Source of the DNA: Candidatus Nomurabacteria bacterium | Lineage (GTDB): Bacteria > Patescibacteriota > Minisyncoccia > Phycocordibacterales > UBA9973 | Direction of reading: 5' to 3' | Assembly (NCBI GenBank): GCA_943356675.1 | Contig: CALRFQ010000003.1 | Span: 1 to 56,494 of the forward strand | Length of the DNA stretch: 56,494 nucleotides | The notes under the pieces: model-generated | What the model saw: only the letters and a program-made list of their open reading frames with translations | Databases searched by the model: none | Told to the model about the DNA's origin: nothing | In this document: piece after piece, positions 18,636-27,044 of the stretch | Numbering within the stretch: position 1 is the stretch's first letter | How the letters are laid out: the number at the start of each line of letters is the position of its first letter | Program-made: the position numbers and the translations under genes

Positions 18636-21617
18636 TTATTTATTTTTCTCAGAGAATGAATTATAAGCTTTGGCGAGAGTGTCGACTTTTGTATCCACTA
18701 CTTTTTCTTTTCCATTCTTGATTATGAAATTCTTATCCTTAGAAACTTTTCCGATCTTTGAAAGTGCCACGTTTTTCATAACTTTCTCGAAGGCTTTAAT
18801 ATTACTATTCGCTACTGTTACTACTATGCGTCCTTGGGATTCAGAGAAAAGCTTTGCGTCTATATTTGTAGCAATACCGGCGATATCTTTCACATCTACA
18901 TTAAGTCCGAGCATTCCTCCGAAAGATGCTTTCGCAAGTGCTGTAGCAAGGCCGCCAGAAGTAACTGAAATAGCGGAAGCGATGATACCTTTATCGATTG
19001 CACTTTCTAGGGCTTTGTAAGTTGCCATATTTACTTTTGTGTTTACCTTCGGCACATTATTACCAATTGCATTCCCTTCTTTACCTATCATTTTAAAGTA
19101 CTCACTTGCACCAAGCTCATCGTGAGTGCCACCAAGCACATAGATAGCATCGCCAGCAACTTTAAATTCTGGGCTCACAGACTTTTTGAAATCTTTCATC
19201 ACAGAGATTGAAGAGATGAGTAGTGTAGGCGGAATTGAAATTGCCACACTATTACCCTTCTCATCATAGCCTTTGAAATCGTTGAACATACTATCCTTAC
19301 CTGAAATATATGGCGTGCCGTATGCGACAGCAGTGTCGTAGCAAGCACGCATTGCATCTACTAATTGTGCCAAGCGATGTTCGTCATATGAAGAGCACCA
19401 GCAAGTGTTGTCGAGGATTGCGAGCTCGCTAAGCGTAGCACCCGCAGAAACCGCACTTCTTACTGCTGCATCTATCGCACAAGCGGACATATCGTAAGTG
19501 CTGATGTCAGAATATGATGGGTAGAGTGCAGAAGAGAGTACCACGCCTTTTTGTGAAGATAATACTGGGCGAATCACTTGCGCATCAGTATTTATATTTC
19601 CTCGCCCTGAAAGTGGCTTGAGCACGGAGCCAGCTTGCACTTCATGATCATACTGCTCACTTACAAATCTATTGCTTCCTATATTTGCACTACCGAGTAA
19701 ATTGATTAATTCTTTCGTGCGTGAATTTGATTTAGGTAATTTTGGTTCTGCGAATTTCTCTTCTATAAATTTTGTATGGAGCTCTCGCATAGGAAGGCCA
19801 TTGTGAAGGAATTCCATTGGCATATCCATTATCACCTTGCCATTCAGCTTCACCACGCATTTATTACTATTTGTAAATTCACCGATAGCAACAGCAAGCA
19901 CTCCTCTTTTATCCATGAGTTTCTTGAATTCATTCCATTTATCTTTCGGCACAGAAAGTGTCATGCGCTCTTGAGATTCTGAAATCCAAATCTGCCAAGG
20001 AGAAAGGCCTGGGTATTTGAGCGGAACTTTCTCAATATCAACAATCGCTCCCCCGCACTCTTTCGCCATCTCAGCCACTGAACAAGAGATGCCACCTGCA
20101 CCATTATCTGTGATACTATTGTACAAATTCAGATCGCGAGCTTCTTTCACAATTGCATCAGAAAGTTTCTTTTGAGTTATAGGGTCACCTATCTGGACCG
20201 CAGTCGCAGGACTCGCAGAATCAAGCACCACAGATGAGAAAGTCGCACCATGCACACCATCGAGCCCCACCTTGCCACCAACGACTACTATATAATCACC
20301 AGGCTTTGCCTCCTTATCGTGCGAAAGCTTCCCATTTATTTTCCTCGGGATTAGTCCGACAGTTCCAGCGAAGACGAGCGGCTTCCCTCGGTAACGATCA
20401 TCGAAACGCATGAACCCAGAGATAGTCGGAATACCAGAGCAATTTCCTCCTGCATTAATTCCTTTAATTACTCCATCCATAATTCTTTTTGGTGAGAGCA
20501 TTTTATTTTTAAGATTTTTATCTTTGAAAAGTGCTCTCTCATCTTCAGGATAGCCGAAGCAGTATCCATAAAGGTTCGCCACAGGCTTCGCACCCATACC
20601 GAAGCCAATAGTGTCGCGATTAACCCCTACGATTCCAGTGATAGCTCCACCGAATGGATCAAGGGCTGAAGGAGAATTGTGAGTCTCCACTTTATGAGTC
20701 ACCATGTATTTATCATCAAAAATTATTCCACCAGCATTGTCAGAAAATACTGAAATACAAAAATCTTTTTTACCTTTTGCTTTACGAATTGTATTTGTCG
20801 CACCTTTAATATACGTCTTGTATAAGCCAGCCTTAATATCGTCAATTTGATTTGCGAAAATTGTGTGCTTGCAGTGCTCACTCCAAGTCTGCGCAAGTGA
20901 CTCAAGCTCGATATCTGTCGGGTCACGTTTGAGGCTACTGAAAAACTTTTGAATAACTTTCATGGAAGTAAGGTCGAGAGCGAGTGGACCACGGCGAGTG
21001 CCATCTGGATCGAGGATTCCCTCTTTACCGATTTTCATAAGTGCATCGTCTGATAGAGTACTGAGCGGTACAGTAATAAATGCATCTTTCTTAGGCAAAA
21101 TTACTTCAGGAACATAAAGGGACAAATTCGCATTTCCCTTCGGTAATTTTGAAGTCTTAATAATTAAAGAGCGCTCAATAAGAGGATTATGAAGCGAGAG
21201 TGCAATTTTATTCACATCTTCTTCTGTTATAGCGCCAGCGATTAAAAATACTTTAGAAGTATAAACAGCTTCTTTATCCGTAAAAGGCCTAGCAAGTGCA
21301 TCCGCGATTTCTTCCATTACTGTATGAGCCACATTGTCCGTCACGCCCGGTGCATAGCCAATCTCGACGATATAAGAAAAGCCGGACAAATCCGGCAAAT
21401 TATTTATGGAGAAATTCTCCAAGCGTGAGTTTATAAGTTGATTTGCTGACTTCTCTATTTGAGTATCTGACAAATCAGCATTAATAAGATATGAATCAAT
21501 AAACTTAGCTTTCGTTACCTTCCCATTTAAACCAAGAGCGTTCCAAGAATTCGCTGCCACATTTGCACGTGAATCCTCCCCGATTGAAGATACATATATT
21601 CTAGAAATCATACCCAT
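18636..21617 (-). CDS. purL: FGAM synthase synthetase subunit, 993 aa with N-terminal extension
   Basis: QTWSEHCKH, ETHNSPS, PFGGAITG, DNGAGG, SESQERM, SGKDSM, LFSES. Confidence 0.95.
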   Translation of the reverse strand: MGMISRIYVSSIGEDSRANVAANSWNALGLNGKVTKAKFIDSYLINADLSDTQIEKSANQLINSRLENFSINNLPDLSGFSYIVEIGYAPGVTDNVAHTVMEEIADALARPFTDKEAVYTSKVFLIAGAITEEDVNKIALSLHNPLIERSLIIKTSKLPKGNANLSLYVPEVILPKKDAFITVPLSTLSDDALMKIGKEGILDPDGTRRGPLALDLTSMKVIQKFFSSLKRDPTDIELESLAQTWSEHCKHTIFANQIDDIKAGLYKTYIKGATNTIRKAKGKKDFCISVFSDNAGGIIFDDKYMVTHKVETHNSPSALDPFGGAITGIVGVNRDTIGFGMGAKPVANLYGYCFGYPEDERALFKDKNLKNKMLSPKRIMDGVIKGINAGGNCSGIPTISGFMRFDDRYRGKPLVFAGTVGLIPRKINGKLSHDKEAKPGDYIVVVGGKVGLDGVHGATFSSVVLDSASPATAVQIGDPITQKKLSDAIVKEARDLNLYNSITDNGAGGISCSVAEMAKECGGAIVDIEKVPLKYPGLSPWQIWISESQERMTLSVPKDKWNEFKKLMDKRGVLAVAIGEFTNSNKCVVKLNGKVIMDMPMEFLHNGLPMRELHTKFIEEKFAEPKLPKSNSRTKELINLLGSANIGSNRFVSEQYDHEVQAGSVLKPLSGRGNINTDAQVIRPVLSSQKGVVLSSALYPSYSDISTYDMSACAIDAAVRSAVSAGATLSELAILDNTCWCSSYDEHRLAQLVDAMRACYDTAVAYGTPYISGKDSMFNDFKGYDEKGNSVAISIPPTLLISSISVMKDFKKSVSPEFKVAGDAIYVLGGTHDELGASEYFKMIGKEGNAIGNNVPKVNTKVNMATYKALESAIDKGIIASAISVTSGGLATALAKASFGGMLGLNVDVKDIAGIATNIDAKLFSESQGRIVVTVANSNIKAFEKVMKNVALSKIGKVSKDKNFIIKNGKEKVVDTKVDTLAKAYNSFSEKNK

Positions 21618-21664
21618 ATATTAGACTATTTAGACGCCGTTTACAAATGTGATATTATTAAAGA

Positions 21665-23077
21665 ATGATACAACCAGAACTTAAGGTTACAGGATATAGA
21701 GGGGTTTGGGGTGAGAGCCTAAATGAAGATATTTCTATAAGCTTCGGAGCTGCCTTTGCCTCATTTACAAAAGTAGACTCGGGTAAAGAAAATCCCACAA
21801 TTCTCATAGGGCGTGACGGACGCGAAAGTGGAGAGTCTATCGCAAATGCAATTATCCCAGAAATAGAAAAGCTCGGTGTAAATGTAATTTACGGCGATGT
21901 ACTCCCTACCCCTACCATAATGCTTTCTGTAAAAGAGAAAGGTTACGATGGAGCGATAATCATTACCGCTAGCCACAACCCCATAAAATACAATGGTCTC
22001 AAATTCGTCACGAAAGGTGCACGAATGACAAATGAAAGTGAAGTAGAAAAAATAAAAAGTTTTCTAACTAGCGAGCGAGAAAATGTTGTTCCAGGAACCC
22101 TTTCGCAGCGCGACGGCGCGAGAAGAGAAATTTTCCAGCAGGAAAATATTCGTGGTGACGGGAATAACATTTCGAGCGAGCTGATTAACATACATATTAA
22201 TAAAATCCTAGAAAATATTGATGTAGAAAAAATCCGTGCACGGAAATTCAAAATAGCTGTAGATATGATAAATGCATCGGCATGTGTGATAGACCCATAT
22301 TTATTTGAAAAGCTTGGCGTGGAGTATGTAGCGTTGAATGACACACCAAACGGAAAGTTTGCACACGAACCAGAACCAATAGAGCAAAACCTGAAAGATA
22401 TTTGCGCCTTAATGAAAGAAAATAAGTGTGACGTGGGCTTCGCTCACGATCCTGATGCAGACCGCCTCGTAATCATAGACGAGAATGGTGACTACATTTC
22501 TGAAGAATACACTCTCGGCTTCGGTATTGAAAATGTCATGTCAAAGAATCCAAATAGAAATGTAGTGGTGAATATGTCCACTTCGCAAATGTCTGCAGAT
22601 ATTACTGAGAAGTACGGAGGTACTTGCTACCGTACCAAAGTAGGAGAAGCGAATGTTTTCGCTGGTATCGATGAACACGATGCAATCATAGGTGGTGAAG
22701 GAGGCAGCGGATGCATATACCCTACTATAAACAATTGCCGTGACGGATTCGTAAGTATGACTCTCGCACTTGAACTCTTAGCTACGAGAAATTCTACAGT
22801 GAGCGAAATGGTAAATATATTGCCAAAATACTTTATGAAAAAGGATAAGTGGTCTGTGGAAGGAAAAAACACTCTAGAACTATATGAAAAGCTAAAAACT
22901 CATTTCCCAAATGCAAAATATAATATGCTCGATGGCATCCGCCTCGATTTTCCAGACCAATCTTGGATACACATGCGCCCATCAAATACTGAACCAATCA
23001 TCCGAATGTTCGGTGAAGCAAAAACTTCTGAACGCTTAGAAGAACTTTACGCAGAAGCTAAAAAAATAATCTCCTAA
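21665..23077 (+). CDS. Alpha-D-phosphohexomutase (PGM/PMM family) carrying an in-frame repeat insert
   Basis: TASHNP (phospho-Ser), DPDADR (metal), GGEGSG, RPSNTEP. Confidence 0.93.
   Translation: MIQPELKVTGYRGVWGESLNEDISISFGAAFASFTKVDSGKENPTILIGRDGRESGESIANAIIPEIEKLGVNVIYGDVLPTPTIMLSVKEKGYDGAIIITASHNPIKYNGLKFVTKGARMTNESEVEKIKSFLTSERENVVPGTLSQRDGARREIFQQENIRGDGNNISSELINIHINKILENIDVEKIRARKFKIAVDMINASACVIDPYLFEKLGVEYVALNDTPNGKFAHEPEPIEQNLKDICALMKENKCDVGFAHDPDADRLVIIDENGDYISEEYTLGFGIENVMSKNPNRNVVVNMSTSQMSADITEKYGGTCYRTKVGEANVFAGIDEHDAIIGGEGGSGCIYPTINNCRDGFVSMTLALELLATRNSTVSEMVNILPKYFMKKDKWSVEGKNTLELYEKLKTHFPNAKYNMLDGIRLDFPDQSWIHMRPSNTEPIIRMFGEAKTSERLEELYAEAKKIIS
22066..22186 (+). repeat. Structured element family A, copy 3 (in frame inside pgm)
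   Basis: 74-bp core 22090-22163 is 71/74 identical to 23548-23621; GCGC-GACG-GCGC; GAA-ATTTTCC-AGCA-GGAAAAT-A-TTC. Confidence 0.92.
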
Positions 23078-23916
23078 ATTTTAAAGTCTCCGATTTTTGT
23101 TCGCTTGATATGGAGAGCGAGGGCAGGCACTCCTAGAAGGTTGCCTAAGTCATTTGCTATGCTTCTTACATAAGTGCCACTGCCACAATTTATCGTGAGG
23201 GTAACTACTTGAAAGTCTTCCTCCCTAGGTCCAACCTCGGGAGATAAAACCTCTTCCCATTTCGCGAGAATTTCTTCTTGGCGGAAATCGCCTTGCACGG
23301 AACCTATAGAACTTTTAATATACTTATGTAATTTTTCTTTCGTGATTGTTTCCACTTTCTTTATTTCAATACTTTCCACATGCACCTTGTGCTTTGGGAT
23401 TTCTATATCACTTAGTCTTCCCTCTCTAGCCCACTGAAAAAGTGGTTTGCTATTCACAGTGCGAGAAGAATACGGCGGATACGCTTGCTCAAAGTCACCA
23501 GTAAATTTATTTTGTAGAATTTCAGAGAGCGAATGAAGGCACATTGATCCAGGAACCCTTTCGCAGAGCGTCGGCTCGAGAAGAGAAATTTTCCAGCAGG
23601 AAAATATTCGTGGTGACGGGAGTAATGTGTCGAGTGAGCTCTCTTGATTTACCAACCCCATCACATCATATGTATCAGTAGCGAAACCAAAGAGAACTTT
23701 CACTTCGTATTCTTTAGGTAGCATCGTGTATTCATCCTTTTTCATACATTCATCACCGGCAAGAATAAGCAAAAGCCCTTCGGCGAGCGGATCAAGGCGC
23801 CCAGCATATGTAAGGGGTAAAAATTGGTATTCTGACTGCTCCTCCCTCAGCCTACTTAGGGCAGAAAGCGGGGTTTCTCCCATGTTTTTGTAAAAAGGTA
23901 TAATTTGTAGGGGCAT
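23074..23916 (-). CDS. truB: tRNA pseudouridine(55) synthase carrying an in-frame repeat insert
   Basis: YAGRLDPLAEG, KEY, TDTYD, PPYSS, CGSGTYVRS, RTKIG. Confidence 0.92.
   Translation of the reverse strand: MPLQIIPFYKNMGETPLSALSRLREEQSEYQFLPLTYAGRLDPLAEGLLLILAGDECMKKDEYTMLPKEYEVKVLFGFATDTYDVMGLVNQESSLDTLLPSPRIFSCWKISLLEPTLCERVPGSMCLHSLSEILQNKFTGDFEQAYPPYSSRTVNSKPLFQWAREGRLSDIEIPKHKVHVESIEIKKVETITKEKLHKYIKSSIGSVQGDFRQEEILAKWEEVLSPEVGPREEDFQVVTLTINCGSGTYVRSIANDLGNLLGVPALALHIKRTKIGDFKI
23524..23644 (+). repeat. Structured element family A, copy 4 (in frame, antisense, inside truB)
   Basis: AGAGAGC/GCTCTCT terminal stem; GAGC-GTCG-GCTC; same AGCA hairpin as copy 3. Confidence 0.92.
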
Positions 23917-24003
23917 ATTGCCATATTAGCATGGATATGCTACTATACCCACAGGTAGAGGACGCCTCTTATAGGGGTAATCCATCATTTCTATCGCTAC
24001 AAA

Positions 24004-24516
24004 TTGAGAGAACGAATAAACAATCAAATCAGAGCGAATGAGCTCAGAGTCATAAACCTAGACGGTGAAAACCTCGGGGTTTTAAGCTTTAAAGACGCAC
24101 TTGCGAAAGCAATGGAGCAAGGTATGGACTTGATTGAGATATCGCCACAGGCAGTTCCCCCAATAGCGAAGATAATGGATTTCGGTAAATACCAGTACGA
24201 GCAGAATAAAAAGCAAAAGAAAGCAAAATCTGGAGCTCATAAAACTGAAACGAAGTCGGTCCAAATAAAGATCGGCACTGGAGACAACGACCTAAGCTTG
24301 AAAGCAAGAAAAGCATCCGAGTGGCTTAAGGAAGGACACCGCATTAAAGTGGAATTGTTCCTTTCAGGAAGATCCAAGTACATGGCAGATAATTTTCTTA
24401 GAGAACGTCTTGATAGAGTCTTGCACCTAATTACAACAGAGTACAAGATTGCTGAAGATTATAAGAAGGGACCGAAAGGACCAACAATCACGATTGAACG
24501 TGATACAAAAAAGTAA
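24004..24516 (+). CDS. infC: Translation initiation factor IF-3 (non-AUG start)
   Basis: RINNQIRA, LIEISP, IMDFGKY, KEGHRIKV; upstream of rpmI-rplT; TTG start. Confidence 0.95.
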   Translation: MRERINNQIRANELRVINLDGENLGVLSFKDALAKAMEQGMDLIEISPQAVPPIAKIMDFGKYQYEQNKKQKKAKSGAHKTETKSVQIKIGTGDNDLSLKARKASEWLKEGHRIKVELFLSGRSKYMADNFLRERLDRVLHLITTEYKIAEDYKKGPKGPTITIERDTKK

Positions 24517-24533
24517 TTAATTATAAATAATAT

Positions 24534-24719
24534 ATGAAAACAAAAAAGTCACTTACAAAGCGCATAAAGGTTACAAGAAAGGGCAAACTTCTTGCTCGTA
24601 AGCCAGGTTTCAATCACTTCAATTCGAAGCAATCAAGAACAAAGCAGCTCGCAGGTCGCAAAGGAACACAGCTTGACCTCTCAAACAAGGTTAAGAATAC
24701 ATTTTTCCAAAACGTTTAA
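24534..24719 (+). CDS. rpmI: 50S ribosomal protein bL35
   Basis: MKTKKSLTKRIKVT; infC-rpmI-rplT order. Confidence 0.95.
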   Translation: MKTKKSLTKRIKVTRKGKLLARKPGFNHFNSKQSRTKQLAGRKGTQLDLSNKVKNTFFQNV

Positions 24720-24742
24720 TTAATAAAATTTAGAAATACTAT

Positions 24743-25087
24743 ATGACAAGAGTTAAAAGAGGAGTTATAAAGAATAAGAGACGAAAGAATATACTATCCC
24801 AGACTAAGGGTTACCGTTTTGGACGCAGTACAAAAGAGGCACAGGCTAAAGAAGCTATAATGCACGCAGGAGCATACTCATTTGCTCACCGCCGCGACAA
24901 GAAGGGTGATGCACGTAAGCTATGGGAAATCCGCATAAATGCAGGACTACGCACACAAGGCATGACATACAGTAAGTTCATGGGTGCACTTAAAGCGAAG
25001 AACATCATTGTTGACCGCAAAATACTTTCAACTTTTGCAAAAGATCATCCAGAAGTATTCACTCGCATAATCGCTCAAGTTAAATAA
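24743..25087 (+). CDS. rplT: 50S ribosomal protein bL20
   Basis: MTRVKRG, KGYRFGRS, RRDKKGDARKLW, DRKILS. Confidence 0.97.
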   Translation: MTRVKRGVIKNKRRKNILSQTKGYRFGRSTKEAQAKEAIMHAGAYSFAHRRDKKGDARKLWEIRINAGLRTQGMTYSKFMGALKAKNIIVDRKILSTFAKDHPEVFTRIIAQVK

Positions 25088-25090
25088 CAC

Positions 25091-25126
25091 AATATAAAAC
25101 ACCCTCTATCGAGGGTGTTTTATATT
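25091..25126. terminator. Intrinsic terminator after rplT
   Basis: AATATAAAACACCCTC-TATC-GAGGGTGTTTTATATT perfect 16-bp stem. Confidence 0.85.
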
Positions 25127-25256
25127 ACTTAAAACTTAATAAAACCTAATTGAGATATAATTATAATTCCAACAAGAATTATAACAAGACAAAGAAGCAT
25201 AATATACTGAATTTTTCGAAGTTTTGGATTGTCTGAGATCTTTAAATACGACATAT

Positions 25257-26633
25257 TTATTTACAATCAAGCATTATCACATCCCCTGCCATTGGGCTCT
25301 CGGTCTTCACACCGAGGTTGTCTGTGAGCTTTTGAGCAAGGAAAAGCGCTGCCTTCGGCTCACCCATAACTGTAAATACTTTCTTCACATGCTTCGCCAT
25401 TGGCTCTACGAACTCCACTAGGTGATCAGAATCCTTATGACCTGAATAACCACTAATCTTCTCTATATGAGCACGGACTGGGATATCTTCACCTTGAATA
25501 CGGAGCTTCTTACTACCTTCCTCTATCTGCCTGCCTAGAGTACCTACAGCTTGGTAGCCGATAAGTAACAAGGTGTCATTTTCATTTGGAAGATAATTCT
25601 TCTCGTGGTGGATTATGCGCCCACCATTACTCATGCCAGATCCCGCCATTATTATCTTTGGATTTGGAACATTTAAAATAGCTTTCGATTCATCAGTCTC
25701 AAGAGTAAGTTTTAGACCTTTAAAATTAAATATGTCATCCCCACTCGCTATTATCTTCTTGGCAGTTTCATTGAAATACTTTTCATTCTGCTTGTAAACA
25801 CGATCGAGCTTAATCGCAAGCGGAGAATCTAAGAATACTGGCATGACTGGCACAATCTTGTTCTCTATCATTTCATTCATTTCGAAAAGGAGCTCTTGAG
25901 TACGCTCGAGAGAGAATACTGGGATCATAAGTGTGCCACCGCGGACATAGTTCTCATTTATGATTTCTGCTAATCTCTTCTTTCTTATTTCACGATCTTC
26001 ATGGTTGCGATCCCCATATACTGATTCCATTATAAGATAATCTGCATCGTCTACCACTTCAGTATCGCAAAGCAGTGGTGATGGAGAATTACCAAGGTCA
26101 CCCGTAAATACAATCTTCTTGCCGTTGTATAAAATCTCAAGCATTCCTGAACCAAGAATGTGCCCAGAATCTTTAAAAGAAAATTGGAAACCGTGATCCA
26201 CATTTATAGATTCGTGGTATTCCACCCCTTCCCATATATTCATAGCAGTTTTAATGTTCTCTGCTGTATATATCTCGGCAAGGTGATGCACTATATCTTT
26301 CTGAAGTAAATGAGCAGTGTCCTCGAGCATTAACTGTGCAATGTCTTTCGTAGGTATTGTAGAAATAATTCTACCCTTAAACCCATCTGCAATTATCTTG
26401 GGAATGCGGCCTATGTGATCCACATGTGAATGTGTAATGAAAAGGATATCAATCTCAGCTGGATTATATGTAAATGGAGCCCAGTTTAGCTCGTCTGCAA
26501 TGCTCTCACCTTGCACTAGACCGCAATCTATCAAAAACTTTTTTCCATTACCTTCTAATAAGAAATTGGCGCCAGTAACTGTGCCTGCGCCGTTTGCAAA
26601 TGTGAGCTTAAGCTGTGTATCTTTAATATCCAT
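25257..26633 (-). CDS. MBL-fold beta-CASP ribonuclease
   Basis: DCG, THSHVDHIGR, SGHILGS, FTGDLG, MESVYG, GSGMSNGGR, YSGH. Confidence 0.92.
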   Translation of the reverse strand: MDIKDTQLKLTFANGAGTVTGANFLLEGNGKKFLIDCGLVQGESIADELNWAPFTYNPAEIDILFITHSHVDHIGRIPKIIADGFKGRIISTIPTKDIAQLMLEDTAHLLQKDIVHHLAEIYTAENIKTAMNIWEGVEYHESINVDHGFQFSFKDSGHILGSGMLEILYNGKKIVFTGDLGNSPSPLLCDTEVVDDADYLIMESVYGDRNHEDREIRKKRLAEIINENYVRGGTLMIPVFSLERTQELLFEMNEMIENKIVPVMPVFLDSPLAIKLDRVYKQNEKYFNETAKKIIASGDDIFNFKGLKLTLETDESKAILNVPNPKIIMAGSGMSNGGRIIHHEKNYLPNENDTLLLIGYQAVGTLGRQIEEGSKKLRIQGEDIPVRAHIEKISGYSGHKDSDHLVEFVEPMAKHVKKVFTVMGEPKAALFLAQKLTDNLGVKTESPMAGDVIMLDCK

Positions 26634-26755
26634 CCCGTTTAGAGATAGGAAGTCCTAAGACTTCCGTACCTTATTAATTATTGTTAATATTTCTATCTAA
26701 GTTTTGATTTTTATACTGCCCGATAAATACATAACTGAAAATCTCTAACGGGAGC
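26634..26755. mobile_element. Element family B, copy 2: insertion at the beta-CASP gene start codon
   Basis: CCCGTTTAGAGAT...ATCTCTAACGGG, CAT at 26631-3 and 26756-8; hairpin GGAAGTC-CTAA-GACTTCC. Confidence 0.75.
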
Positions 26756-26781
26756 CATACTTATATTATAGTATAAAAATG

Positions 26782-26945
26782 AAAAATCCTCTATTTTTTA
26801 CAATAGAGAATGTCTCATTTAGGGCTACCGGGGAATATTACCATAGCGATACGCTAAGTGGGTGCATGCATTCGACACCAAAGTGTACAATTGACGACTG
26901 CTCCCTTAAAAAAGTTGTTCTAGGTAATATACCTAAATAACCCTA
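26782..26945 (-). ncRNA. Candidate 6S RNA-like ncRNA
   Basis: Long irregular hairpin 26821-26944 with a central bubble, between a sigma70 promoter and a terminator (26782-26810). Confidence 0.6.
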
Positions 26946-26950
26946 CTTGA

Positions 26951-26979
26951 AGTATACGTGCTTTTTTATCCCCATGCAA
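26951..26979 (-). promoter_or_regulatory. Sigma70 promoter TTGCAT-N17-TATACT
   Basis: Near-consensus hexamers with a 17-nt spacer; predicted TSS at about 26944. Confidence 0.7.
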
Positions 26980-27044
26980 GCTTTTTTACAGTCGAGCACA
27001 CTTTTGACAGCCACTCAAGTATAATTTCGAACATTAAAAACACT

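Noticed and set aside
26821-26944. SRP RNA or riboswitch identity for the intergenic hairpin
   Set aside because: There is no SRP helix-8 GNRA/CAGG motif, and its own promoter and terminator make it a stand-alone transcript rather than a leader.
27003-27026. TTGACA...TATAAT on + strand as a promoter
   Set aside because: The spacer is only 10 nt, and it points into the 3' end of a - strand gene.
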